DNA of 64,000 bases. Origin: Octopus vulgaris (taxonomy: Eukaryota). Both the position numbers and the translations under genes were made by a program. The notes under the pieces were generated by a model, which worked only from the letters and a program-made list of their open reading frames with translations, made no database searches and had not been told where the DNA came from. How positions within the stretch are numbered: the first letter of the stretch is position 1; every line of letters starts with the position of its first letter. Of this stretch, positions 1-12,152 are shown in pieces. The stretch lies in contig OX597817.1 in assembly GCA_951406725.2 (NCBI GenBank), positions 145,452,001 through 145,516,000 on the forward strand, read 5' to 3'.

Positions 1-14
1 ACAAACATATACAC

Positions 15-61
<47 letters not shown>

Positions 62-317
62 TACGACAGGCTTCTTTCAGTTTCTGTCTACCAAATCCAC
101 TCACAAGGCTTTGGTCGGCCTGAGGCTATAGTAGAAGACACTTGCCCAAGGTGCCACGCAGTGGGAATGAACCTGGAACCATGTGGTTGGTAAACAAGCT
201 ACATACCACACAGCTACTCCTATGCCTTTATCTTAATTTTGAAAAATAAAAGGAGTATAAAAAGATGCATTATTTATGGGATGACCCAATATATGAACAT
301 ACATACATACATATATG

Positions 318-354
<37 letters not shown>

Positions 355-1174
355 TCATCATCATCATTGTTGTCGTTATCGTCATCATCGTCGTCACCAT
401 CATCATGTAACGTCTTCTTTCCATGCTAGCATGAGTAAGATGGTTCGACTGGAACTGGTAAGCCAGAAGGCTGCACCAGGTTCCAGTCTGATGTGGCATG
501 GTTTCTAATGGTTTGATGCTCCTCTTAATGCCAACCACTCAAAAAATGTAACGGATACTGTTTACGTGCCACCGGCACAGGTGCCATAATGATGATGATC
601 ATCATCATTTAGTATCTGTTGTCCATGCTGACATGATTTGGACGGTTTGACCAGGGCTGGTAAGCTGGAAGGCTACACCAGACTCTAGTCTGATTTGGCA
701 TAATTTCTACAGTTGATATATATTTATATGCAGTTAAGTATATGTCCAGTCATAGAGAGACCAGTGGTTTCACATGCATAAAGCACGAAGCTTTATGAAC
801 AACTCTTCAGACTCTAGTGGCAAAGGCCATAGAGCTCTTCAAACTACGGAGGTAGAATTCTGTTGTGGTCAGTTAATAAATAAAAAATAAACAATCCAAT
901 TCAGTGAGGATGGATTACCTCCCTTAAACTAATTCAGTTGGCAGTCCATGTTGACTAAAATTATGAAAGGGGAGCTCTGCCCTTAGGTTGTTTCTAGCTT
1001 ATAAGGACTTTTTCTGATCCAATCAATGGATGAGGGATCCCATGCTTGCATTAGGTAGCATTTGAAATGGAGGCAGAGACTATAAATCTCATGCTGGGAA
1101 TTGGGTTGTGACAGCCGAAGACATGTGTAGGCTTGAAAGAAATGAAGCCAGTTTCGCTGGATATGCAATGTCTG

Positions 1175-1936
1175 TGTGCATGTTCAACAGAGTGTAAGCA
1201 TTTTGAGAGAAAAGTTGCACATAAGAGACATCAGATGTGGTGTGGAAGAGAGATGACTGCACTGGTGTGTGATGTGTATGGATGAGGGCAGCTGTATAAA
1301 GAAGTGCCAATCTCTAACTGTGAAGGGAACCTGTGGTAGGGGTAAACCCAGGAAGACAGGGGACGTGGTGGTGAAGCATGATCTTCAAATTTTGGGGTTC
1401 ACAGAGGCAATGACTAGTGACCAAGACCTTTGGCAATATATTGTGCTTAAGAAGACCTGTCAAGCCAAGTGAAATCAGAGTTGTGGCTAATGCTGGTGTC
1501 CCATAACTGGCACCCATGGCAGTGGCACATAAAAAGTATCTTTCGAGCGTTGGGCATCACAGAGGCAAAGTGGCCAATGCCAGTGGCCCATGAAAAGCTC
1601 CTTTCAAGTGCTGGACCTCACAGAAACAATGACAAATGCCCAAGAACTTTGGCATTATGTCATGTTTGAGAAGAAGACCCATCAAGCCAGATAAAATCAC
1701 AGTCATGGCAGATACTGATGTCATACAAATGGCACCCATGCCGGTGGCACTTAAAAGCAACCATTACACTCTTGGAGTGGTTGATATTAAGATGGGCATT
1801 CAGCCATAGAAACCATGCCAAATCAGACTGGAGCCTGGTGCAGCTTTCTATCTTGCCAGCCCTGATCAAATCATCCAACCCATGCCAGCATGGACAACAG
1901 ATGTTAAATGATGATGATGATGATGATGATGATGAT
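1175..1936 (+). mobile_element. RTE-clade LINE 3' end with (GAT)n tail
   Basis: GTCGRGKPRKT..VVKHDL..L..DQDLW C-terminal motif, then the common AGGGCATCCAGC..CCAACCCATGC 3'UTR and (GAT)n. Confidence 0.8.
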
Positions 1937-2035
1937 GGTTCCAGGGAGTCTTTCAGAATCCTTCCTCCATTTTTTTCTCACATTGTTTGCATATTTAACT
2001 CATTTGTTTTTGTATTTCATTTTGTTTACTGTATA

Positions 2036-2078
<43 letters not shown>

Positions 2079-2082
2079 TAAT

Positions 2083-2601
2083 TGAATGCTGGATTAGAAA
2101 TGAATGCCCAGTTGATAGCCGATGTAACACCAAGACTACAGTGTACCAAACAAAGGCTGCCTCAAACAGAAGTAGCACAAATATCAGTAACATCATTGCC
2201 AATACAGGGACACACTAAAATTCATGTTGGATCTTGTGAATCCAAATTTAAAATTCACCTGAACAACCACAGATCTTCTTTCAGGGTCCTGGAGAGATGC
2301 AACACAATGACACTTGCAGTATACGTATGGCACCTAAATAAAGAAATACTGCAAAGAAAATAAAGAAATAATACGTATGGCACCTAAAGGACGATCACAT
2401 ACCCTTTAACATCAGGTGGTAATTACTAGAAACTTGTGGATCCTATCACAATGGAACAAGACTATGTAATTCATGATGGCAGAAACATATATAATCTTTA
2501 TGAACTCACATGAGCCAGGAGGATATCTGAACTCCAGGATGGAAGCCATGGGAAGTTGTCCACATTTTCAGGACTTTTTACTTCAAAATTGGAAAACTTA
2601 G
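2083..2601 (+). mobile_element. Degenerate PLE GIY-YIG endonuclease remnant
   Basis: Frameshifted ECWIRNECPVDSRC..TVY..HVGSCESKFKIHLNNHRSSFR..TLAVYVWHLK..IPFNIRW..LCN..E..LNSRME..CPH, directly after (TA)n. Confidence 0.8.
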
Positions 2602-3564
2602 CTATCAGGCAAAGGAAGATAACTCGCCTGGCCATAATTTTTTGAGGAATATTTCTTGAACTATCACTGGTGTTCTTGTGTTTTAAAAAAACATTCTTTG
2701 CAGAGAACAGTTATAATTTAGAAGAATTGAAGATATGTCTAGTTCATGCTAGATATGAAACCAATGGGATTTTTTTTCTAAACTGTTAATTTACACATAT
2801 AAAAATATATACAAAAATATTTTTATTATTATTATTATTATAATTAATGTTTTCTTACATATTTGTATTGCCATTTAAAATGGTCATATGTGGAAATTAA
2901 GTTCAAATTGGAACTTTTAACATCTCCATTTTTCTAATTGTTAATAGTCATTGATCTGGCAGAGTTTCTACAACTGGATGCCCTTCCTAATGCCAACAAC
3001 TCCGAGAATGTAGTGGGTGCTTTTACGAGCCACCGGCACAAGGGCCAGTCAGGCAGTACTGGCATTGGCCACACTCAAACGGTGTTTTTTACATGCTACC
3101 TGCGCAGGAGCCAGTCCAGCAGCACTGGCAACAACATTGCTCAAGCATTTTTTCCCGTGCTATTAAGGCAACACAGGTAACAATCGAGCTTGAGTAAATC
3201 TTTTTACATGCCACTGGCATAGAAGCCAGTCAGCTGCTCTGGCAACAATCATGTGGCTATTGCCAGTCTCACCTTGCTCCCGTGCCGGTGGCATGTAAAA
3301 AAGCACCATCCGATCGTGGCCGTTTGCCAGCCTCGTCTGGCACCTGTGCCAGTGGCACATAAAAAGCACCCACTACACTCACGGAGTGGTTGACGTTAGA
3401 AAGGGCATCCAGGCGTAGAAACATTGCCAGATCAGACTGGGCCTGGTACAGCCTTCTGGCTTCCCAGACCCCAGTTGAACCTTCCAACCCATGCTAGCAT
3501 GGAAAGTGGACGCTAAATGATGATGATGATGATGATGATGATATATATATATATATATATACAT

Positions 3565-3689
<125 letters not shown>

Positions 3690-4026
3690 AAATATGGAGG
3701 TTTAGTTCACAGCTGATCTAAATGATTAGGTACGCTAGGTAAATGCTGTAACAGATTACTAGGACTCCTAGTAACAGATTACTCGTCAAGATGGTGGTTA
3801 TGGAACCATTGCAGATTTCCGATGCAGTGGATATATAATTGTTAAAGAGGACAACAAACATTAAGGAAAGGCAAACATCTCAAATCATATACAATATTAT
3901 TATTGGAAAAGTAATAATATTGTCTACAACTTGAGATGTTTGCCCCTTGCCTTAATGTTTGGTAGTCTCTTTAACAAATATATATATATATATATCAAAA
4001 TAAGCAACAAGTATATCCAAGGTAGA

Positions 4027-4112
4027 GTAGTACAATTGTTTCATGCTACTTCATTTTATTAAACACTGTAAGTATTACATCAGTTTTAAAATGTCAAGCA
4101 ATCTTCAGCCAC
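4027..4112 (-). ncRNA. Minimal type I hammerhead ribozyme with a 51-nt loop 2
   Basis: Minus strand: GTGG-CTGAAGA-T.TGC[51 nt]GCA.T-GAAA-CAATTG-TA-CTAC; palindromic stem III ACAATTGT; lies near the 3' end of the PLE remnant at 3996-5998. Confidence 0.7.
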
Positions 4113-4648
4113 ATATAGAATTTTCCAATTAAACGGACAATGCACATTCTTATCCCTATTTCATTTGCCAACATTATAAAGAGGGTAGATATATAGACAG
4201 AAAGGTTGATTTCATTCTTAAGAACATGATAGTAGTATGTTTAATCTCCATCTGTATATTTTATCATTGAGTTCACTTTGTTATTTAGATCTGTCAGTGG
4301 TGAGGAGGTTTTATTCTTGGTTGAATGGAGACAAAAAAGAATTTTTCTATTTATAGATATAGGAAGGAGTAGTACAAATGTCAAAACCATAAACCCATCC
4401 TCATTTCGAGGAATTCAGTTTAGATATATTTGAATGTATTATAGCAAAAAGTTAGTAGGTTGAAGTTAGAGGAGCAAGGGGAACAGAGACTATAAGTACC
4501 CTAGAGGATTTCAGTGTCCCTTACCATTTAACAGCCAGATTCTATATTAAGAAATTTAAGTAAATATCCTTTAGATAATTTTCTAAAGGATTTCAATAAA
4601 TATTTGTATCTTATATAGGGATAGAAAATATAGAAATCATTTCATATT

Positions 4649-4694
<46 letters not shown>

Positions 4695-4699
4695 TATAC

Positions 4700-5040
4700 A
4701 GGAGCAGGAGTGGCTGTGTGGTAAGTAGCTTGCTTACCAACCACATGATTCTGGGTTCAGTCCCACTGCGTGTCATCTTGGGCAAGTGTCTTCTGCTATA
4801 GCCTCGGGCCGATCAAAGCCTTGTGAGTGGATTTGATAGATGGAAACTGAAAGAAGCCTGTCGTATATATGTATATATATGTGTGTGTGTGTGTGTTTAC
4901 GTCCCCGTAACTTAGCGGTTCGGCAAAAGAGACCGATAGAATAAGTACTGGGCTTACAAAGAATAAGTCCCGGGGTCGATTTGCTCGACTAAAGGCGGTG
5001 CTCCAGCATGGCCGCAGTCAAATGACTGAAACAAGTAAAA
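4700..5040 (+). mobile_element. tRNA-derived SINE family A (internal TA/TG microsatellite)
   Basis: A/B-box-like head GTGGCTGTGTGGTAAG..GGTTCAGTCCC; further copies at approx 1-226(-), 7915-8118(-), 10745-11165(-), 20470-20905(+), 22783-23190(+), 23245-23405(-), 31405-31775(+), 43486-43845(-), 50030-50275(-), 50765-51115(-), 55485-55822(-). Confidence 0.85.
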
Positions 5041-5060
5041 AAAAATATATATATATATAT

Positions 5061-5550
5061 ATCCATTTCTATTAATATAGAATCATAATTAGCTAGTAAA
5101 TGGTAATTTATTTTATTAATGAGTTGAATTAAAAGAAAATGATAGACATAATATTTACTAACTGTGGAAAAAAACTTTATCAATTTAGCGCATATAACAG
5201 GAGTCAATAAGATATATTAAAAAGTAATGGAAGTGGGGTAATCATGATGAACCAAGTAATTTCTCTAGATATATAGAATTTTTTGCAATCATTTCATATC
5301 TATATAAATATATATATATCCATTTCTATTAATATAGAATCATAATTAGCTAGTAAATGGTGATTTATTTTATTAATGAGTTAAATTAAAAGAATATGTT
5401 AGACATAATATTTACTAACTGTAGGAAAAAAAGCTTTATCAATTTAGCAAATATATAAAGAGTCAATAAGATATATTAAAAAGTAGTGAAAGGGAGGTAA
5501 TCAAGATGAACCAAGTAATTTCCCTAGATATATAGAATTTTTTGCAATCT
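5061..5550. repeat. ~258-bp tandem duplication
   Basis: ATCCATTTCTATTAATATAGAATC... starts at 5061 and again at 5318. Confidence 0.85.
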
Positions 5551-6023
5551 TATATAGGAGAGTATCAAAAAATTCTAACTTCGTTATATTCAAATTTATA
5601 TATATAATGAAATTTCTTAGTAATCTATGCAGGTTAAATAAAAGCTAGTGTAGTATATTAATTTTCTATTTGGTTACAAAATATTAAGATTTGAAACTTT
5701 AGGAATGGTCAGAATGTTATTATTTAAAATACTTAAAAGTACGGGTGGCACAATGTATACAAGATATTTCCCAGTTCGGAACGGTTATTCAATAAGTTTG
5801 TATTATTCCTATGTTTTAAAATTTCATATGTCTCCATAGAACAAAGTTCACATCCATCCCTACTATTTTTATAAGGCTGTGCCTTTCTTATTATATCCCA
5901 TGTTAGGTTAAATTCGATATTTTTTTCTTTCAGTTCCCAAATTTTACTGGACAGCATTGTGCAACCCGCCATTTATCTTCTTTTAGACTTAAACATAAGG
6001 CGGGTTGCACAACGCTGTCCAGT

Positions 6024-6203
6024 AAGGGCGATTAGGTGATGGTCTAGGGCTTAGGGGCGGGAGACCCCAGACCTTGGGAAAAAAAAACAAACTTCGGTCT
6101 TCTTATTGTAGTCAAGGGCTCTTCGTTGACACCCTACACCACTGGGAGGTGGCCCTCGATGTCGCTGGAAATGGAGATCTCCAGGTCCAAATTCTTGAAC
6201 GGC
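6024..6203 (-). repeat. ~180-bp dispersed repeat, unclassified (copy 1)
   Basis: Reverse-complement match to 28921-29099. Confidence 0.8.
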
Positions 6204-7399
6204 GTGTGTATGTGTGTATATGTGTGCACACGCGCGTTATAGTAGCTATGTAGCATTTATTTAATATAACCGTTTTCTCATTTTACTTACACTGTACCTT
6301 GTTTCAATACTCACAAGTATACTAATTGAAGATCGTAGTTCCAAAACAACCTACAGAGACACGCTGATCTTCCTCCTCTCCTCGTCATCATCATCAGTAA
6401 CAACAGCAGCAGATAGTGGAGGTGCAATGGCCCAGTGGTTAGGGCAGCGGACTCGCGGTCGTAAGAGCACGGTTTCGATTCCCAGACCAGAGTGTCTATT
6501 GAGCAAAAACACCTAAGTTCCACGAGGCTCCGGCGAGGGGTGAACCCTGCTGTACTCTTTCACCACAACTTTCTCTCACTCTTTCTTCCTACTTCTGCCA
6601 CAAAGTAGAGGACCCATGGTGTAGTAAACTTTCAGACCCTAGTCTAGATTGCTAATCCTCTGTAACCCAGGATGGTTCAGCTCTCCACCCGTTAAAAGCC
6701 ACCGTTTACGGAATGAGGATAACAACGTAGACCGCCAGTCTATCACGTGTGGTAGGTGGATCTTCAAGTTGCCACAGGCATTCTTAGTAGCTTAGAGTAG
6801 GCTCGAATTAGAGATTATTCTTTGTGGCTAATGGTGTGAGTCCTGACTGGAAGAAGACAGCAGTATCTCATCCTTATCACCGTCTGTAGCATGGATTATA
6901 CTGTTGTGTAATGTAACATATTACTACTTACCATTGTTTTTTGTCATTTTCCCCTAGAACCTCACGACTACTTCTATGCCTTCCTGTACCGAAAGTACCT
7001 TTTACTGTTACTATACAACAATTTTGTACTCGTCCATTCCCATTACATACCTATAACCATCAGAATTACCTCCCCTAGATCGAGTTTCTGAAATGTATGC
7101 GGTATTTACCAGCGTATAAGACGCACTCGAGCAGAAAATGCCCCTTTGTTTTAAAAGAATATTTTGTGGATAATTAGATAATTATATATATAACACGTAT
7201 GTATATTATGTAATATTATCATATTATATATAATACATATATAATACAAAACCGCATTAAAATACAAATCCCAAACCGAAGAAAATATAAACATGAGTAA
7301 AGAAAGAGAAAGAAAATAAGAAAACGCGAGGAAGAAAGTAAGAAAAAGAAAGAATAAACGTCAATTCAATGCTAAGTTTTTCAATTGGTCGCACACCAC

Positions 7400-7830
7400 A
7401 AGGTCCAACAGAACTTACTGAAGCAAGCCAACATGCTGGTGGTGTTACCACAGGCGATGGCGAGGCTAAGGTATTGGAGCAGCTGTGTACCTTCAGAAGC
7501 ATCAACTGACGCCTTGGCTTGGCGAGACGCCAATGATTACAAGAAATTTACTGTTAGCAGACCGGTCCCACCAAACGTCACAAATGCCACAGTCTGGAAA
7601 AAAGGAGTTTGTTGATAAGTCCTGATGCTTAAGGATTTTGTTCCCGTCAGTTGCAGAAGCAGTGACCCTGCCATTTACCACAGCATCCGGGTTGTGGGAA
7701 GGAGCAAAGGTATCACAGACTGTGACCTTCTGGATGAGGCACCTACCTCTTACCCAGGGACAAAGGGTAAGACCATCTGGTCTCTCCCCATCACTTCTGG
7801 ATAATCCAACTGGCTTCAGAACTGAGGAGA
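7400..7830 (-). mobile_element. CRE-type non-LTR retrotransposon remnant (restriction-like endonuclease domain)
   Basis: Minus-strand translation KPVGLSRSDGERPDGLTLCPWVRGRCLIQKVTVCDTFAPSH..K..K..[fs]VAFVTFG..FL*..LLQYLSLAIACGN. Confidence 0.8.
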
Positions 7831-8124
7831 AATAAAATAGTATATTCCATCATACTCTTATTGAAAGATATTTTAATGTAATATCATGGGGAGAAATGTA
7901 TGTCTCTCTTTTATTCTTTTACTCTTTTTTTTTGTTTCTGTCATTTGACTGCGGCCATGCTGGAGCACTACCTTTAGTCGAATAAATCAACCCCAGGACT
8001 TACTCTTTGTAAGCCTAGTACTTATTCTATCGGCCTCTTTTGTCAAACCGCTAAGTTACAGGACATAAACACACCTGCATCGGTTGTCAAGCAATGGTGG
8101 GAGGACAAATACAGACACACAAAC

Positions 8125-8173
<49 letters not shown>

Positions 8174-8322
8174 GAAAAAAGTAAAGAGTGAAAAAACTAC
8201 AGAAGGCTTGAATGTTAAAAAATATATATATTTGCGTCAATATGTCTGAAGAATATTAGAAAATTTTTTTTAAAAAAATTTTTTTCTCTTATAATGACAT
8301 AATTTAAAAGAAACATTCTTAC

Positions 8323-8588
8323 CAACTCATTATTACTGGCATTGTATACAACATCTATAATTCTGCTTTTGCGGGTGATGCTTTCAGATCCCCAAGCAAA
8401 GTTGCCTGTGTCTAGTCTAAGAGCTTGGAATTTTCTGTTGCCACCTCTGGTTCTTACTGTGTGAACTCTTCTGGACCCCAGCTTTGTCATGGCAGCCGGT
8501 CTGCCAAGTTCATAATTCCGCTTCTTGCGGATTTGAACCTTACGACCCCCAGTCGCTTTTCGCTTATGCCAATTCGCATGACTGATAC
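8323..8588 (-). pseudogene. RPS8: 40S ribosomal protein S8 fragment (about residues 2-90), orphan exon-like copy
   Basis: [60 protein letters not shown]; AG before, GTAAGA after; substitutions at conserved sites; no other RPS8 exons seen. Confidence 0.88.
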
Positions 8589-8592
8589 CTAT

Positions 8593-8982
8593 GATGGAGT
8601 AATCAATAACTCTGAGCACCTTTTCAAACTCCACCCATCTAACACCCGTGGACATATTTACAAAGTAAGAAAACAGCACAGCTCCCATGACTTCAGGAAA
8701 CATTTTTTCACGCTGAGAGTTGCTGAAGCATGGAACAAGCTGCCGGCATCAGTTGTTAGTTGTCGGAGCACTGCATCCTTCAAAACTTCCATGCTTCCTG
8801 AGATTCGCCAACCCTACACTTGATTTTCTCCCCTCCATACACACACAAGCATGTATCTGACTCATACATTGTTCGCTTTCCAGACATTTCTACATTACTG
8901 CATGTACTTTATATGCACTTTCTGACAAGTTGTGGTGCACCTGAGCACTGTATACAATAATTTCATTATTATTATTTTATTA
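8593..8982 (+). mobile_element. CR1/L2-group LINE 3' end
   Basis: [26 protein letters not shown], 3'UTR, (ATT)n tail; related to 63247-64000. Confidence 0.85.
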
Positions 8983-9198
8983 AGCAGTGTCACCAAATGT
9001 TAGCAGCTGCTTCTACCAATCCCTGCTAGCTCGCTCCACTTGCGTCTGTTCATTACGACTGCCCCAGACCAAAAGAGGACAACCCTGGTCTTGCTTCCCT
9101 CACTTCCACTCTTCCCTTTCCTGTTCCAGTGGAGCCTCTTGGCTGTTGACATCACAGCCCTTTCCTTCCTGCTCATCTCATCCCCACATCATATAAAC

Positions 9199-9441
9199 CA
9201 GTAGTTCTCAACTGAGGTTCATGTGACCCTTGGGTGTCCCCATGTAAGATTTCGTTGTTAAAATTTGTGCAATAAATTGGTTATACACAATACACAAAAT
9301 ATTTTAACAATTTTTTTATATATTTCTAATATTTAATTATAAACATAGAATAGAATTTTTTAAAACAGCGAATGGCTATGAGGGTCAGAATAAAATAGGA
9401 ATCAAAAGGGACCAAGAGTAAAAAATGGTTGAGAATCACTG
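9199..9441. mobile_element. hAT (Charlie-like) MITE
   Basis: TIRs CAGTAGTTCTCAAC / GTTGAGAATCACTG; TSD degraded. Confidence 0.6.
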
Positions 9442-9984
9442 GGTAAACTATGCTCTGGAAGTGCTATATATTAACATTATTTTCTTTTAGGTCAATAGTA
9501 TAGTTGTTTATATTTTCACTGAGAAAAACTGCATACAAGATGTGAGACTCAGAATGTGAGGTTTTATGTTACCACAGTTGGCCACTAGAGAGAATAAAAG
9601 TTTAACAGTCCTTTAATTTTTCTAGATAATAAACAAACATTTCTTAAAAGAAACCCAGTCATGAAATAATGTAGACATCTATCAGCATATCAGTTGTGGT
9701 TACAAATACTGGAGAAATAGGTCTGGTGTGATGTGACCTCCTTGCATAACTACCGACACACTGTAAGCAGTCTTTCACAAGTTTGTGCAGCAGACTGTGG
9801 TATTTTAACTTGTTTTCAACACTTTATTATTAGTAACACTTACTGTGTTACAGGGACTTACACTCATTCAGTTACCCAGCCAATGGTGCATATCAATGAC
9901 ATTCATTTGTCACTATCATATGAAATCAAGACAAGGAGGTAGTAACACATTCAAAGATATATATACAAACATATATACATATAC

Positions 9985-10300
9985 GTGGAGGTGCAATGGC
10001 CCAGTGATTAGGACAGCGGACTCGTGGTCGTAGGATCGCGGTTTCGATTCCCAGACCGGGCGTTGTGAGTGTTTATTGAGCGAAAACACCTAAAGTTCTA
10101 CGAGCCTCCTGTAGTGGGAGGTGGGGTGGCAATACCTTCTGTACTCTTTCACCACAACTTTCTCTCACTCTTTCTTCTGTTGGCCTGCTCGCTTAGCCAG
10201 TGGGATGGCATCATTTGAAAGCTAAAACAATGCAAAGTGCATTGTGACCAGCAATGTGTAGCAACATCTGATAGCCTGGTCAGTCATGGTGTTCACCGTG
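9985..10300 (+). mobile_element. SINE family C (tRNA-like head)
   Basis: GGAGGTGCAATGGCCCAGTG.TTAG..GGTTTCGATTCC; second copy at ~6416-6595. Confidence 0.75.
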
Positions 10301-11768
10301 ATATACATATACAGTCCCATCAGAAAGTCTAGCAACACCTAGAGTAATTAATGCTTTTTACTTTTGTAAGTAAGTTTACTATTTTTATCAACTTAATTTT
10401 GCTAAAATTGATATTTATCACTAGGAAAACCCTAAAATTATATCTATATAAGCATTTCTCTTGACAGTTAAGTTCACTTTGCCTTCAAATACCAAAAAGA
10501 TGTGGAAGAAGTATGAAGTTCCATCTGAGAAGCAAGCTCAGATTCAAATTTTGAAATCCCCTTTCTCCCTCCCTTTCTTTCCACTTTCTCTTTCCCTCTC
10601 TCTCCATCTTTCTCTCACTTTCTTTCTCACTCTCTCTCTCACTCTCTCTCTCTCTGTCCATCTTTCTCTCACTTTCTTTTTCACTCTCTTTCTCACCCTC
10701 TCTCACTCCCTCCTCCAATTTTTCTGCTCATGGCACTAAAATTTATCTTTTATCTTTTACTTGTTTCTGTCAATAGACTGTGGCCATGCTGGGGCACTAC
10801 CTCGAAGGGTTTACTTGAACAACACAAGTACTTTTTTATTTTTTTGAATCTGGTACTTATTCCATTGGCCTTTTTGCTGAACCACTAAGTTATGGGGACA
10901 TAAAGAAACCAACACCAGTTGCCAAGTGGTGGTGGTGGTGGTGGTTTTGGTGATAGTGGTAGTGGTGGAGGACAAACACGAAGCCAGAGACACACACATA
11001 TATTTGTATATGGTGGACTTGTTTTCATTTTCAAGTACCAAATCCAATCACAAGGCTTTGGAGTCTGGGGCTGTAATAGAAGTCATATGCACAAAATGCC
11101 ACACAATGGTATTGAACCCAGGACCACCTGATTGGGAAGCAAGCTCCTTAAAACACAACCATACCTGAGCCTTTTTCTGGTGGTTTGCTGTCCTTGATAA
11201 GATACATCAAACCAAGGAAAATTGTGGCCACCCATACTTACAGGCATGTCCTTTATGGCCATGCACCTCACTCCCTGTCTCAACCAAGAGGTCCTTGACT
11301 TGGTGGCCCATGGATGCTGGTGCCCATAAAAGCACTTGTACCAGTGCCTTGTAGAAGCGCCTGTGGTGGTGCCATGATCTCCGTTTCTTGCGAGTATACC
11401 CTGACGCATGCTGCCATCCCTCTTCTGCTCTTGCAGTCTCCCACTCCCTCTCTCTCTCTCCTTCCCTCTCCCTTCCTCCCCTTCTCCCCACCTCTCTCAC
11501 TCTCCCTCCCTCTCTTCTTCTCCGCTCCCCCCCTCTAGCTGGATATTTATGTACCTCCTCTACAGCAAGGCATTTGTTTCTATCTCTCTGTCACACTCTA
11601 ATCTTTCATCATCTGACACAAGATCACCTCCTACAATGCCCCTCCTCTCAAAGATTCTTTATCTTGCAAAGTTATTTGGTGACCCTGCTAGTGCAGGTGC
11701 CACTTAAAAAGAACCCAGTCCACACTGTAGTGGTTGGCATTTCAAAGAGCATCCAGCTGTATATATAT

Positions 11769-11799
<31 letters not shown>

Positions 11800-12047
11800 C
11801 ACAAATATATAGAAATATGGAGAAATACATCTAAATAAGAAAATGGAGAAATACATCTAAATCATTTATCAACTACCAGATAATACCCAATGATATACTT
11901 TATTAAACCACTACATAAGAACATTAGGGTTAAACATAAAAATATATAACAAAACAGCGTACATGAATGAGTAATACAATACAAAAAGTACAATCATTAT
12001 AAGAGGGTATAAATAAATAAATATAAATAGATATAAATATAAACATA

Positions 12048-12086
<39 letters not shown>

Positions 12087-12152
12087 GGTCCCGGGTTGAT
12101 TCGGGGTTAACCACAGTAAATAAGGTACTCAATACATAGCAGAGTAAAATTA

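Larger units (their letters stand above)
3996..5998 (-). mobile_element. 5'-truncated Naiad-like PLE remnant (GIY-YIG C-terminus, AT-rich 3' region, hammerhead), interrupted by a SINE
   Basis: 5733-5972 (-) TMLSSKIWELK..WDIIRKAQPY..CELCSMETYEI..LLNNRSE; ends at (TA)n 3978-3995. Confidence 0.8.

Noticed and set aside
2465-2485. TGA at the second Cys of CxxCxxE in the 2083-2601 remnant
   Set aside because: It coincides with a 1-nt frameshift in a decayed copy, so a Sec codon cannot be distinguished from a deletion without the family consensus.
3200-3420. CRISPR-like repeat spacing
   Set aside because: The units are degenerate tandem repeats of a LINE 3'UTR in a eukaryotic genome; there are no unique spacers or cas genes.
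6416-6490. tRNA genes (also 9985, 33027, 53915)
   Set aside because: The tRNA-like heads continue into shared SINE bodies and lack a proper acceptor stem.
8215-8703. 162-aa ORF as a functional RPS8 fusion protein
   Set aside because: The N-terminal part is antisense LINE sequence and the C-terminus is AT-rich read-through; a chance open frame.
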